DNA of 64,000 nucleotides from Cladosporium halotolerans (Eukaryota), in the NCBI RefSeq assembly GCF_011745625.1, contig NW_027191455.1:434001-498000 (forward strand), given 5' to 3'. The notes below the pieces were generated by a model that saw only the letters and a list, made by a program, of their open reading frames with translations, had not been told where the DNA came from and did not search any database. The position numbers and the translations under genes were made by a program. Of this stretch, positions 40,279 to 52,098 are shown in pieces. The first letter of the stretch is position 1. Every line of letters begins with the position of its first letter.

Positions 40279-42004
40279 TCACTTCTTCCCATCAGTATCT
40301 TCCTTTGCGTCCTCATCGCCAGCGCCAGCAGCAGCGTCTTTGGCCTGCCCGTTTCCCTTGGCCTGAAGCCCACTCTGGGCGGCCCCAGTCCCTTTCGGCA
40401 CTTCCAGCGCCGGCAGCCCCTTGCGAACCCTATACATCTGCTCCACCGTCATAATCGGCACGCGCCTTCCAATCGGATCAAACCAACCCCAAAGCATCAT
40501 GCTAACCCAGTTCTCCCACAACTTCATCTCTCTCCTCACGCTCTCCCTCATAACCAACTGATCGATACGTACCAGCATAGGCGCTTGCCTCCCCAACCCC
40601 TTATGCACCGTCTTGATCGGCTGGTCGTCATCCCCCTCAACCGGCCCTCCAGTCATAAAATCCGTCCCTGGCGCAAACATCTCCCTGAAAACCCTCATAT
40701 CCAGCACCTTCAGCGCCTGCCCGGTGCCCTTACGCTGCACGGTCCCGACTTCGTCAAACGGCACGCCCATAACCCACAGCCCGGGCATCACCGGCTCCTC
40801 GCGCCCCGGATCGTAATAGTGCCTGACCCACAACTTCAGCACGTCGAGCCTGCGCAGCGGAATCGCGGGCTCGTTGGGGTCCGGGCCCCAGCCGCGCAGC
40901 ACGCGCCATAGCGGCACGAGCCCGCGCTCGCCCAGCAGCGTCTCGCGCAGCGTGCAGCCGACGTAGCCCTTGAGCGCGTGGCGCGGCGGGAAGCGGAAGG
41001 TGTCCGGGTGGTTGGCCGGGTAGATGGGGCCGAGCGGGTGCGTGAAGTGCATGTCAATTTTGAGGAAGAGGAGAGTCAGGAATTCGATGGTGCGTGAGCT
41101 GATGAAGGTGCTGCGCATGGCGAGCATGCGGTCGGCGGTTGTGGAGAGGTCCATTATGAACCAGGCGCGCTGGGAGGGGGGTGTTAGCTGGGGCTTGGGG
41201 ATGCGGGAGGGATGGTGCTTGGGGATGTGAAGTTACCTTGAGGGCATCGAGAGTTCCTGGCGGGCAACGGTGGCCGAAGGAGGCCAGGCGGATGAGGATG
41301 TCGACGCAGATGGTGTGGCGGAAGACGACGAACTGTAGCCAACGGAGCGATGGCACGTCCCGCAAATCATCAAATGGCTTCCTGACGCCGTCTTCCTTGC
41401 CGTCCCATCGCGTTTGTTGGCGTTGTACTGGGTCTTTCAAGCAGTACTTTTGGTAGAAACGCCAGGGGAAGGTGTGCTCAGAGCCGGGAGCCCAAGTACG
41501 CATATTGGCGAGGATTTGGGCCGTGTAGTGGCAGTTGAACTGGTGATGGTACCCTTTGCTGATGGCGTAGAGTGAGATGAGAGATGGGATGTTGAGGCAG
41601 CTTGTCAGGCGAAGAAGGAGTTCGTTGTTCGCGCAGAACGCGGCTATCATGTTGAACCTTTTAGGTTTCTTCTGATCTTGCTTGAAGATCTGCGGTAGCG
41701 GTATAGCGGATTCAGCGCCCTTGCCTGCAGTTTTTGTTGAATTTGAGTTGTCAATGACCATATTCAATCGAGAATGTTGTGAGTGTTGAGATATCGGGTC
41801 CACGCCCAGGTCGGTTTCGACCGCGCGAAGCTTCTTGCGCGGACTCGGTGTTTGTTCATGAGATTCAGGAGTATGCTCGTCTGCTTCGGCCGGCACTTCA
41901 TCAGCCCGGCGCTTGCGCGGATTGTCGAATGCATTGCCAGAAGCCATTTCTTGTGCCAGTCGCTTCTTAGTGCTGGCTGATGCGACGACGACCTCAGATT
42001 CCAT
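40279..42004 (-). CDS. Hypothetical protein, ORF B: low-complexity N-terminus then a globular, F-box-like-starting domain; intron 41170-41236; start uncertain (ATG 42529, ~42038 or 42004)
   Basis: NELLLRLTSCLNIPSLISLYAISKGYH..FPWRFY..CLKDP..VPSLRWLQFV..ALK|RAWFIMD..LFLKIDMHFTHP. Canonical GTAACT..CTAAC..CAG intron joins the two ORF-track segments in frame. Confidence 0.8.
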
Positions 42005-42743
42005 CGTGGGAGAAGGCTCGAGTCCCTGGGCTGACATATCCGTCTTGGACAGGGTAGATTTTGTCCTCTTCCTCTTTGCTTCCGAGTCTTCTGGAGAAGC
42101 GCTTGGATTTGCTGGAAGTGGTTGGTGGCGAGAAGACGGACCGGCTGCCACTGCTGTCAGGAGACCAGACGCTGGTGTAGTGGTGTCCGTCGGCGGAAGG
42201 TGATGAATTGAGACTCCCGCCGCGGCCTGATTTTCCTCCGGGCGGAGACCTGGCACTGCCGGTGTTGGCGACGTGGCCGGCCTTGACATTTCCTTTGCCG
42301 TAAATGTAGTCATAGGGCATGTAACCACTTGCTTTGCTTCCGCTTGGTGCGTGAGTGAGGTTGGGCTTCTGCTCGTCTTCGAAGCTGACCCGCCTGGGGT
42401 GCCCGGCTGTTGCGGCGGCGGTAGCGGCGGAGAGAGGGATCTCTTCGACGAGGGTGGCGTTGCCTTTGCGCTTGCTGCTGAAGTCGGCGATCCACTCGGG
42501 TTCGTCGGCAGTGTCTGATTTGGCGCCATTCTTGCGGCGGCCTTGCTCCGAGTCACGCTTTTTGCGCTCCTTACGCTCCTTGCGCTTCTTTTCTTTCTCC
42601 TCTTTCGGGTCCTTGCGCCACTTGTTTCCGACGTTGGTGTGCGGGGCGTAGCCTTTCTCGGGCCACATATGATAGTGGGAGACACAACAGAAGGCGATGG
42701 CGAGGAGACCGACAGTGAAGTAGTAGAGCCTGCCGATCGCCAT
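41994..42743 (-). CDS. Hypothetical 249-aa protein, ORF A: N-terminal membrane anchor, K/E/R-rich stretch, S/G-rich tail; overlaps ORF B out of frame
   Basis: First ATG after a 5'-UTR intron (~42762-42800, GTAAGA..CTAAC..CAG). C/G-ending codon bias in this frame. TM-like LYYFTVGLLAIAFCCV. Confidence 0.7.
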   Translation of the reverse strand: MAIGRLYYFTVGLLAIAFCCVSHYHMWPEKGYAPHTNVGNKWRKDPKEEKEKKRKERKERKKRDSEQGRRKNGAKSDTADEPEWIADFSSKRKGNATLVEEIPLSAATAAATAGHPRRVSFEDEQKPNLTHAPSGSKASGYMPYDYIYGKGNVKAGHVANTGSARSPPGGKSGRGGSLNSSPSADGHHYTSVWSPDSSGSRSVFSPPTTSSKSKRFSRRLGSKEEEDKIYPVQDGYVSPGTRAFSHDGI

Positions 42744-43225
42744 GTGTTTGTGGGCCGCGTGCTGCGCGAGGGTTAGGATGTTGAAATTTCGTGTTCTTAC
42801 CTTGTTTAGTTTGTTGAGAGGTCCGTGTCAACAATAGGGGGTTTGCTATTGTTGCTGCAACCGCGTGCTGTGGCAACGAAGCTTGTAGGAGTGAAGTGGT
42901 GGGAAGGAGCATGTGACCATTTCCCAAAAGACGTAATGCTTCGCGCTAGACGCGCATCAGGTAGTCGCGTGACCACCGGCGGGAGTGGAAGTAGAGTGAA
43001 ATGAGAGTGAGTGAGATTGTCAATCTTCGACATTGAAAGCATAATCAAACAAATACAAGAGTCGCTTACGCTGCGTTGAGCGTGGTGGTATCATCCCATG
43101 CGTGTAATCAACGGCCTGTTGAAATGGCCAACCTCTCACCTGTCCCAAAAGATCCAAACCCGAACGCCTGCCTTTGCATCATTCCTTTAATGCATACTCA
43201 AATGGTGAGAGGCACTGTTCCTTCG

Positions 43226-44363
43226 CTACTTCCTGTTGATCAGGGTGAGGAACTCATCCCTGGTCTTCGCACGCTTCCGCATCGCGCCGAGCATGCAGCT
43301 CGTAGTGGTTGACGAGCCAGACTTCTGGACGCCGCGCATAACCATGCACATGTGCGCGGACTCCATCACGACGGCGACACCCTGAGGCTTCAAAACTTCG
43401 CTAAGCGCGAGCGCAACCTGCTTGGTCAACCGTTCTTGGACTTGTAGACGTCTGCTAAACATCTCTGCAATGCGAGCGAGCTTGGACAGGCCGATAACTC
43501 GCCTCGAAGGAATATATCCGATGTGCATCTTTGGGTCAAGTCAGTCAAGGCAAGTACGCGGGCATCCACCGAGCAAGAGGACGTACCTTTCCAACGAACG
43601 GCACCAAGTGGTGCTCGCACAAACTGTACACCTCAATGTCCTTCACAATGACAAGCTCATCATGATCTTCGTGGAAAACAGCACCGTTCACAATATCCCG
43701 CAAGTTCTCCTCATATCCCTTCGTAAAGAACATCATTGCCTTCGCATACCGCTCTGGAGTTCCATGCAAACCCTCTCTATCCGGGTCCTCACCGATGCAT
43801 TCCAAGATCGTCCGCACCGCACCCGACAGTTTCGCTAACCGCGCTTCCGCGTCTTTCGGGCTCTCGCGCTCATGCAGGCGACTCAAAGTGCCAGAGCTGG
43901 GCCACGACAACCCCTCGAAGTCAACGGTAGGGTTCGAGGTGATGAACGGGCTCTGGCTGCGCGTCTCGACCGCCGGAGGCGTGGGCGGCGCTTCGTCGCG
44001 CAGGTCACGCGCGGCAGCGTTGGTCTGCAGGGCTTCGATTTCGTCGTCGCCGACCTCCTCGTATTGCTTCGCGGATTTTTTCTGCTCGCCATTGGTGCTC
44101 GTCTCGCCCACGGGAAGCTTGGTTGCCGTGGAGTCTTGGAGGGAGAGCTCTTCGAGCGACAGGGGCGCTTTGTGCGGACCCATTGAGGACTGGATGGATG
44201 CGAAGGTTGTCTCGCGTTCTCCCTGGTCCCGCTCGGCTCTAGACGGGGAAGAGGACTGGTGCAGTGGGGAGTGGCCGTTGATGAGGTGTGGTGGGATTGC
44301 CTTCGGTCTCGGGGCGTAGGTGTGGTGTTCGTCGTCCATGGTGGAACGTGAGGAACCTGTCAT
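43226..44363 (-). CDS. FOL2: GTP cyclohydrolase I; intron 43529-43586
   Basis: [66 protein letters not shown]. Confidence 0.97.
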
Positions 44364-46261
44364 GCGAAAGAAGGGCTGGGCGATGTATGAGTGTTGTACA
44401 GCCGGCGTTGCGATTGTTCCGGCGCAGGTGTAGGGGTTAAAGTGGCGATTTTAATTCGAGATTTACAAGTAATAATTGGAGTTGCCGGCCTCAATGTGAT
44501 AGAACAAATAGTCCATGGCCCTGCAAGGATTGCTGATGTAGGGTCAACAGCAATCAGGCGAGCAGAGAATCCACAGGCGGGGCCTCTGCGATCCCGCCGC
44601 GCGACGTCTGGATTTTTTGAGGGCCTCAGGGCCCAGCCGCGGCAAGGATGAAGTCAGCAGCCCCGAACCTCCGGCTGCGCTTGCTTGGAGCGCAGTCCGT
44701 GCCAAGCCCCCGCCTCGCGCGGACATGAGACTCCATGTCGCCCGTCAGCACTCGCGCCGACAGACACCGAACACGATCGTGGGCAATGCCGTCAACTGAT
44801 TCTTTTGCGCTTCGTCTAGCTGACAGATTAGTATTCCTTTTCCATCTACAGTAACCGCCGTACGAGCATGATGGGTCTTCGGGTCTGGCGTGCTCGCGCG
44901 CGCCGCTCCTCCGACCGCCTTCGCTAAACCGCACATCTGGCCTCCACCGTCATCGCCAATCTTATCGCCATCATCACATGAGGAACTCAAACATGTGCGT
45001 TTTTACGCGTCAACGAGGTCCCAGTCGGTCCGCCCCCGACCAGGTGCACCTTTTCAAGCTTTTCGCGAGCAAAGACTCCCTCAGCGCTCCGGATTTGAAA
45101 CCTCTCGCAAAGCATCCACTTCGGTGGCATCCTGGCATGCGTCAACGTGACTCTCGTGTTAGATAGTATTTATTTTGCGTGAGGTGGGGAAGCTTGGGAC
45201 TGAGAACGGGCTTGGGTTGAGACCGGTGTTGAGTCTTGAAATCTTGGGTACTGGAAGAAACCGCAGCTGTATCTCCTTCACGACAGCGCCTTCACCGAAG
45301 CAATCATTACCGGAACTCGACAGGTGCTCGCATGTGCCGCGGGCACAAATCCCATGGCCAGGAGCGACTTTCATTCGGACTCCCTCAGCAGCGTTCGTGC
45401 CGTGCCTCCTACGCTGCACGCCATCGGCGGCAGCGGAGGTTGACTCGGCGAGCTCTACCCGTGCATTCCTACAGGACAGAGAGCGGGTTCAGTATTGCTA
45501 ACTGTGAAGGAAGGTCGCTTCAAAGCGGTGGGATCGATCCCGTGACATCTCACAGCTGTGCCGGCGCTGGTCATATAGTGCCCGGCACGTGCTGGTGCTT
45601 TCACTGATCTAACAGCACTGATCGCAGAAGATCGTCCCATTATGGCCACAGCCGGGTCTTATTCGTGTGCCTCAGCCACGAGCCCAGGGTCTCTGTGGTC
45701 AGTGCCTACCTTATTGTCGTGCACAAGCGCGTGCTCCTGGCTGGATATCGGTTATCCTTCATGTCTGTCACATGAACGAGACTGCTACTGCATTGACGCA
45801 ATACGTCAAGCTGCTACTACTACTTGTTGTACTAGCGCCGACACAAAAACACTGACCGTTCAGCGCGTTGATTTTGAGAAGGGGAACGAGGCTGTTTTGC
45901 GAGAAGCTCTCAGGCGCTCTGCGATCTTTCAATGCCACAGTCCTTCACCAGGCGGCAGGAAAGCATCGCAGAACTGCGCCAAGGATCAAGGCGGTTCGAG
46001 TGTGCACGGTCCACTTACTGTATTGACGAAGGCGACGAAGCAAGACATAGTGCGTTGCCGCGGCGGGAAAAGCAACAATACGCTATTTGCGCAGGGAGAG
46101 GACAATCTAGTAGTATCTGGTGAGGGCGGGCGCGGTGCCGCATGTTTTGAGGGCCATCTCGGCCGTTGTGAGGGAGACTGCTGCGGCGCTGGATTCCGTC
46201 ATCAGTCAGCTCGAAGCCAAAGCCGCTTCTCCAGTCCTCTCGGCAAAGCGCAGAGTTGCAA

Positions 46262-49200
46262 ATGCCATCCGGCGAAATGGTTGAGCAACCGATATCGCGT
46301 GCAGGGGACGCTGCAGCACGATACAGAGACGACGCGAGGCGCCCTCGCCGCTCACCAAGTCGCAGCACCTCACGCGAGCCTGTCCCGCGCCGTCGCGATC
46401 GCTCCAGAGCGCGAGGCTCTGCCACCCATCATCCTCCACACTTTTCCCCCTCTGGCGACGGCTCTACCTCTCCACCACCGCGTCGCCGGAGTCACCACCA
46501 CCACGGCGCTTCACGCTCGATATCCCGAACGCGCGGCGGAGAGTCGGAGGGAGACTTGCACTCCACGTCGCCTGCCGCACGACGCACGAAGCCGGACGCG
46601 GAGGGTCATTCGCACCATCACCATCTCCACCACCACCGCTCCACCCTCTCTACCCATCACCACGACTCCTCCCATCGCCATAGGCGCCATCGCAGCCGCT
46701 CCTACAGCCCGTCGCACCACCGTCGAAGTCATCACGAAAGAACACACCGTCGAAGCCCTGCCTCGCCGCATCGGCACTCGCATCACGAACCGCGCGCAAG
46801 GTCGCCAAGACCTGCGCAACCAGACGCCAGCGTGGCTGCTAGGCGTTCGTACTCACCACACTCATACTCTCACCGCCGGCACCGTTCGCCATCGCTCGAC
46901 TCTCGCTACAGTACTGACTCCCGGAGAGTAGAAGCTCGGCGGGCGCCGCCTGCAGAAACAACTCACAGAGGGGAAGAAGCGGCGCACCACCGTCCATCTT
47001 CAAGAGGAAGCTTCCGAAGAAGGGAGTCCCGCTCCCCGCCTCCACTGCGCGAGGATAGGACACATCGCGAGGAGGATTACGGATATAGACGTCGACACTG
47101 GGAAGAGGCGGACTATAAAGGCCGAGGCTCCCAACGAGGACCACCTTCTCCGGGAGAAAGGTCAGCCCGGCTGGACCACCGCCTACCCCGGTCGCCGGTC
47201 CGAGAATCTCGACGTTCAAGTCGCGATAGCCTGGTGGGGTCGAGTACGCAAGGCGACCATAGGCGCCCTCTGCGCTCTACCAGCAGAGAAAGAGGCCGAC
47301 GCCCAGAACGTTCAGATTACTACAACGAATCCCCAATGTATTCCCGTGGTGGTGGGTACCACCAAGGCTATGGCTATGGCCCGCCTGGGCAGCTACCTTA
47401 TGGTCGTCCGGGATACTCTCATTCGCCATATCCTCCCCATGCAGGTTCGCCGCCAATGCAAGGCTATCCGCCACAACAGCCGCCATACTCTTACCATGGT
47501 GGCCCTCCACAACCATCTCACGTACCCCACTATCAGCCTCAACCAGCTTTGAGCTACGGTGGCTCACACAGGCCCTCTTTTCCCAGGGATGGCCCGCCTC
47601 GTGGTGGAATGCGTGGAGGCCCCTCTGGCCGCGGTGGTCGCGGCCATTTCGCAAACATGTCTTGGACACCGAGCGAAGGAACCAAAGGCGGGCATATTGT
47701 GCAGCCTGGCGAAAAACCTCGAGGACGAGACGAGCAATCGACATCAGCATGGAAGAAGCCCGCTCCTGTAGGCTCACCGGACGACGAAGATAATCCTTTC
47801 AGACCGCCTGCAGACCTCAGAGCTGAGGACGAAGATGCAGCAAGGAGGCGGAGACCAGCAAGCCCGCCACCTCGAAGTTCACAAGCACAACCTACAAGGG
47901 ACCTAAGAGATAACGATGGCGGGAACAAACCATCAGAAACGGACAATGGCAAGCCCAAGATCAGTTTTTCAATCAAGGGAAGAGCCACCCACCCGGCGAC
48001 TGACCGCGCTGCTCCTCCAAAATCTGAGACTTCTCCCCTGATGGACAGAAAGCTTCCTGCACTCGATTCGCCACTTGCTCCGACTCCTCCGCCTACCGTT
48101 CCGAAGAGTCGCCTATATGTGGGCAATACCCGTGTAGAGGCGCCTCTTCCACGTAGACCTTCTCCGCCTCCCGTGCGTAAGGAGATCGTGAGAAAGAAGC
48201 GAATAAAGGTGAAGCCGCAGCTCAGCGAGGAACACGCCCAGTCAGAGAGTGTCTACTACCGCAAAACTGGAAACGAGTCCGTTGTCGGCAGCGGCACGTA
48301 TGGCAAAGTTTACAAGGGCGTACACGTGTATACAGGGCGAATGGTAGCCCTGAAGAAGATTCGCATGGAAGGCGAGCGGGACGGATTCCCGGTGACTGCC
48401 ATCCGCGAGATCAAACTCTTGCAATCTCTCAACCACGTCAACATTGTTGCTTTACAGGAAGTAATGGTTGAACGCAATGACTGCTTTATGGTCTTCGAAT
48501 ATCTGGAACACGATCTTACCGGCCTCATCAACCACCCATCCTTCACATTGACCCCTGCTCACAAGAAGCACCTCGCGAAACAATTTTTCGAAAGTCTCGA
48601 ATACCTCCACCACCGCGGCGTCCTCCACCGCGACATCAAAGCAGCCAACATACTCATCTCTAAAACCGGCGACCTCAAGCTCGCCGACTTCGGTCTCGCC
48701 CGCTTCTACCAAAAGCGCCAAAAGCAAGATTACACCAACCGCGTCATCACCATCTGGTATCGCAGCCCCGAACTCCTCCTCGGCGAAACCCAATACGGCC
48801 CCGCCGTCGACATCTGGAGCGCCGCCTGCGTGCTCGTCGAGATCTTCACCCGCCACGCCATCTTCCCCGGCGACGGCAGCGAGATCAACCAGCTCGACAA
48901 GATCTACTCCGTGCTCGGCACGCCCTCGCGCGCCGACTGGCCCGGCATCGCCGAGCTGCAGTGGTACGAGCTGCTCCGCCCCACCGCGCGCGCGACCTCG
49001 ACCTTCGCAGACCGCTACCGCGAACGCGTCTCGCCCATGGCGTTCGAGCTTCTCCAGGCCATGTTCCAGTATGATCCTAACAGCCGCCCGACCGCTGCGG
49101 ATGTCCTCGAGCACCCTTACTTCACGACCGAGGAGCCCAAGGCAGAGCGCCCCATTGAGCTTGCGCAGCTGGAAGGCGACTGGCACGAGTTCGAAAGTAA

Positions 49201-49342
49201 GGCGCTGCGCAAGGAAAAGGAGAGGGCGGAGCGCGAAGCGAGGCGGAGAGAGAGGGAGAAGGAAGGCGAGAAGCGGAAGGCGGAGGGCGAGGCGGGCGCG
49301 GATCCTAAGCGCGTTAAGACCGACGCTACGGTCGCTGCGTGA
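46262..49342 (+). CDS. CTK1: RNA pol II CTD kinase, CDK12/13 (Ctk1/Lsk1)-like, with long RS/His-rich N-terminus
   Basis: VGSGTYGKV, VALKKIRMEGERDGFPVTAIREIKLL, HRDIKAAN, DFGLAR, DYTNRVITIWYRSPELLLG. Confidence 0.9.
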   Translation: MPSGEMVEQPISRAGDAAARYRDDARRPRRSPSRSTSREPVPRRRDRSRARGSATHHPPHFSPSGDGSTSPPPRRRSHHHHGASRSISRTRGGESEGDLHSTSPAARRTKPDAEGHSHHHHLHHHRSTLSTHHHDSSHRHRRHRSRSYSPSHHRRSHHERTHRRSPASPHRHSHHEPRARSPRPAQPDASVAARRSYSPHSYSHRRHRSPSLDSRYSTDSRRVEARRAPPAETTHRGEEAAHHRPSSRGSFRRRESRSPPPLREDRTHREEDYGYRRRHWEEADYKGRGSQRGPPSPGERSARLDHRLPRSPVRESRRSSRDSLVGSSTQGDHRRPLRSTSRERGRRPERSDYYNESPMYSRGGGYHQGYGYGPPGQLPYGRPGYSHSPYPPHAGSPPMQGYPPQQPPYSYHGGPPQPSHVPHYQPQPALSYGGSHRPSFPRDGPPRGGMRGGPSGRGGRGHFANMSWTPSEGTKGGHIVQPGEKPRGRDEQSTSAWKKPAPVGSPDDEDNPFRPPADLRAEDEDAARRRRPASPPPRSSQAQPTRDLRDNDGGNKPSETDNGKPKISFSIKGRATHPATDRAAPPKSETSPLMDRKLPALDSPLAPTPPPTVPKSRLYVGNTRVEAPLPRRPSPPPVRKEIVRKKRIKVKPQLSEEHAQSESVYYRKTGNESVVGSGTYGKVYKGVHVYTGRMVALKKIRMEGERDGFPVTAIREIKLLQSLNHVNIVALQEVMVERNDCFMVFEYLEHDLTGLINHPSFTLTPAHKKHLAKQFFESLEYLHHRGVLHRDIKAANILISKTGDLKLADFGLARFYQKRQKQDYTNRVITIWYRSPELLLGETQYGPAVDIWSAACVLVEIFTRHAIFPGDGSEINQLDKIYSVLGTPSRADWPGIAELQWYELLRPTARATSTFADRYRERVSPMAFELLQAMFQYDPNSRPTAADVLEHPYFTTEEPKAERPIELAQLEGDWHEFESKALRKEKERAEREARRREREKEGEKRKAEGEAGADPKRVKTDATVAA

Positions 49343-49761
49343 GGGGTTTGCTGTTCTGAGGGATGTATGAATGATAATTGAGAACTTATTGCATTGCTGT
49401 GTGCCAGCATTGAGCTTTGTCAAGTGACCTGCTGCTTCCCGTTCATGCACCCTCGAGGCCAATCTTTTAGGGGAGGCTTAGACAAAAAGTCTTGGGTGAA
49501 TGAGAATGGAGAAGTTCCTGGTTCAGTCCCGTATCCTGATACCAAAGCGGGCGCGCTAATTTTGTGCTTCCGTATATGCCATGTTCATACTGTATATTGC
49601 ATTGGCCGGTTGCATCTGGGGTGCTCGTTCGTTATCATGCTGCAAAATTTTCGCGTAGATGACTTTCATCAAGGCCGATGGTTTCGCTCAACATATCGGC
49701 CTAGCCGGAGCGTCAATTTTCTGAAGAGCCAACCTCGCCATCCACTTGTCGCTCGTGGGGG

Positions 49762-52098
49762 TCAAGTCTCCAGAAAATCATCACAAGCAATCTTGAACGT
49801 AAGGTCGTCCGCCAGCACACCCATATGCGCTGCCCTCCCGCCCGCCATCGCCGCATGCTGGTCGACGATGATCCTCCCGTTTGACACGAGCCTGCTCTCG
49901 TCGGACTCGGTGGCGATGGCGACCATCTGGTCGTACAGCTCCTTCGCCTTCGCGATCGGCATCTGCCCGCTGCTGACGGCCATCGACAGCAGGCTGGCGA
50001 GCATCATGCGCGTGAACGGGTACTTGGCCACGAGGCTCATGAAGCCCTCGAGGGAGAGGAGGAAGAATAACTTCCAGTCGGCGTCGGTCGTATTGCGGAC
50101 TGCGGCGTTCGCGATGTAGAGGCATGCCTGCGGTCGCGGGTCAGCGTGTGATGACGAGAGGGGCGTGGAATGACGGACGGCAGCAGCGGACCCGGACCAC
50201 TTACGTGTTCCCATTGGCAGAAGTATGATGCCTCGGGATAATTACAATAGAAGTTGAGCGCCAGGTGCTTGAGTTGGTTCAGAGACGCGAGGAAGACAGC
50301 TTCTGGGGTGGCGTCCGAGGCGGTGAAAGTGGTGAGGGAGAGCTTGCGGTCGAGGAATGGCCGGAATATGTCCATTATTGAGCTGTGCAGGTACATGCTG
50401 AACTCGTAAGCAACCGGTGCGAGTTTGAAAGAGGAGCCGACTCACCGGAACATAAGATTGCGGCAGACAGACCCTTGATCATGCTGGACTGGATGTGAGA
50501 GCCTCTGGGACCACTCCAATATTTCTCGGTATTTGCGCTCTGCAAAAGGAAGTGTGCAATGTTCAATCAAAGGCGCCGAAGGATCTTCGCAGTACATCAC
50601 GGCCAAGTCGTGCATCAAAGTCCACAGGTGACACCAGTTGCCAAAAGTATAGTCGAAAGTGGTCGATGGCCTCTCCGGTATTCGCCAGTCCTCGCCAGGA
50701 ATCGGACAAGTGGGTATTTGTGCTGGAGCGTCGGACCGATAGTAAAACGATCTTATTCTGGGGCAAGAGTCAATCATTTGTTAGGTATGTTTGTCGAAGA
50801 ATAGCAAACATACGTCGTAAAATTGAAGACGGCCCAAGCCGTGTATGAATGTGCTCGAGCTCTCAGCCGCGGTAAGTTGGCGTATCTGCGTTTTGCCTCA
50901 TCACCAACACCAAAGAGGTCCACGCGGTCGACCATTGCTTGACCTTCTACGAACATGCGGGCGGCTTTTTCTTCTTGGATATCCCAAATATATGCAATGA
51001 TCAGTGTGTAGCAAGCTGAAAGTCCGAGCACTGAGTCTTCAGATTCCAGCTCCCACAATCGTTCGGCTTCGGCCTGGAAAAGAGGACGAAAATACAAGGC
51101 CAGCGGATCAACTGACGAGTACCCGAGCTACCTCGATGTCAGCGGTCATGCGCCTTCGACTTTTTCCTCGTGGCTCCGGACTCACACATGCGGTGTATAA
51201 AACCGTATTCACCAATAAAGGTGAGCAGTATGTGTGCTTCTTCGTGACGAGGTCTTGAATGAAAAGATCTGTATCAAAGGGACATGGAAATGAATGGTAA
51301 GTGTACACGTAGCGAGACAGCGCTCTTGCTACAAACTCTGTTGGAGCGGGGACTCTTGTCCAGTAAGGAACATTGAGTCGCTTCAGTCGATTATCGTAAT
51401 ACTCAGGGGGTGGTGCTGGACCTTTCAGCTTCGGTTTACTCTCTGGTGATCTCGCGGACGCGAGCCCCGTAGGACTTTCTTGTGGCGCGGCAAAACTGAA
51501 AATTGAAAGATCATCAGCTTCCTCGTCTTTACCCCTGTCAATAATCGAATACTGACACTGCCAACTGCCGTAATCTGCGCAAAGGTTCTAGCGAAAAAGG
51601 ATCCCCGGGAATCTCATGCACAAGGCTGCGCATATTGATCGGTTCGACGGTTGGGTAAGCCAAAGGACTCATCACCATGAGTTCGTGCTCCAAACTCGTA
51701 TGCGTAGAAGGCAGGACAGCTCGGGAGACATCCCGCTCCATTGACGTGGCAGGCGAGCCCATTGGCAAGGAGACCAATGTCGAAATTGGATCCTCAGTAT
51801 TTTGAACTCGACTCAGCAACCGAACGGCCTGATCCTTCGGCAATTCGCGAATGTGCTGCAGACCACGCTCTAGCGCAGACAGCTGCGCTTTGAGCGCTTT
51901 GTTCTCGCGCCTGACGGACGCTTGCCTGGTCTCCCCATCGGCTTCGGTGTCGAACGTGCACTCGGTCACGCCGCGCGACTGGCAAGGTGTGCAGGCTGGG
52001 CGAGCGCCATCGCATTTGACGTGTCGCTGGCGGCATGGATCACAGGACACTAGGATTTGCTGGCGTTTGCGCTTCCTCGTCTCCGGGACACTGTTCAT
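49762..52098 (-). CDS. Zn(II)2Cys6 fungal transcription factor with middle homology region, about 6 exons; start uncertain
   Basis: RKRKR..SCDPCRQRHVKCDGARPACTPCQSRGVTEC, coiled coil, YWTRV, FDTDLFIQDL..YCSPLLVNTVL, FQAEAERLW, SYTAWAVFN. GT-AG introns link the ORF fragments. Confidence 0.88.

Noticed and set aside
48452..49462. 336-aa antisense ORF over the CTK1 kinase domain
   Set aside because: Antisense shadow caused by codon bias.
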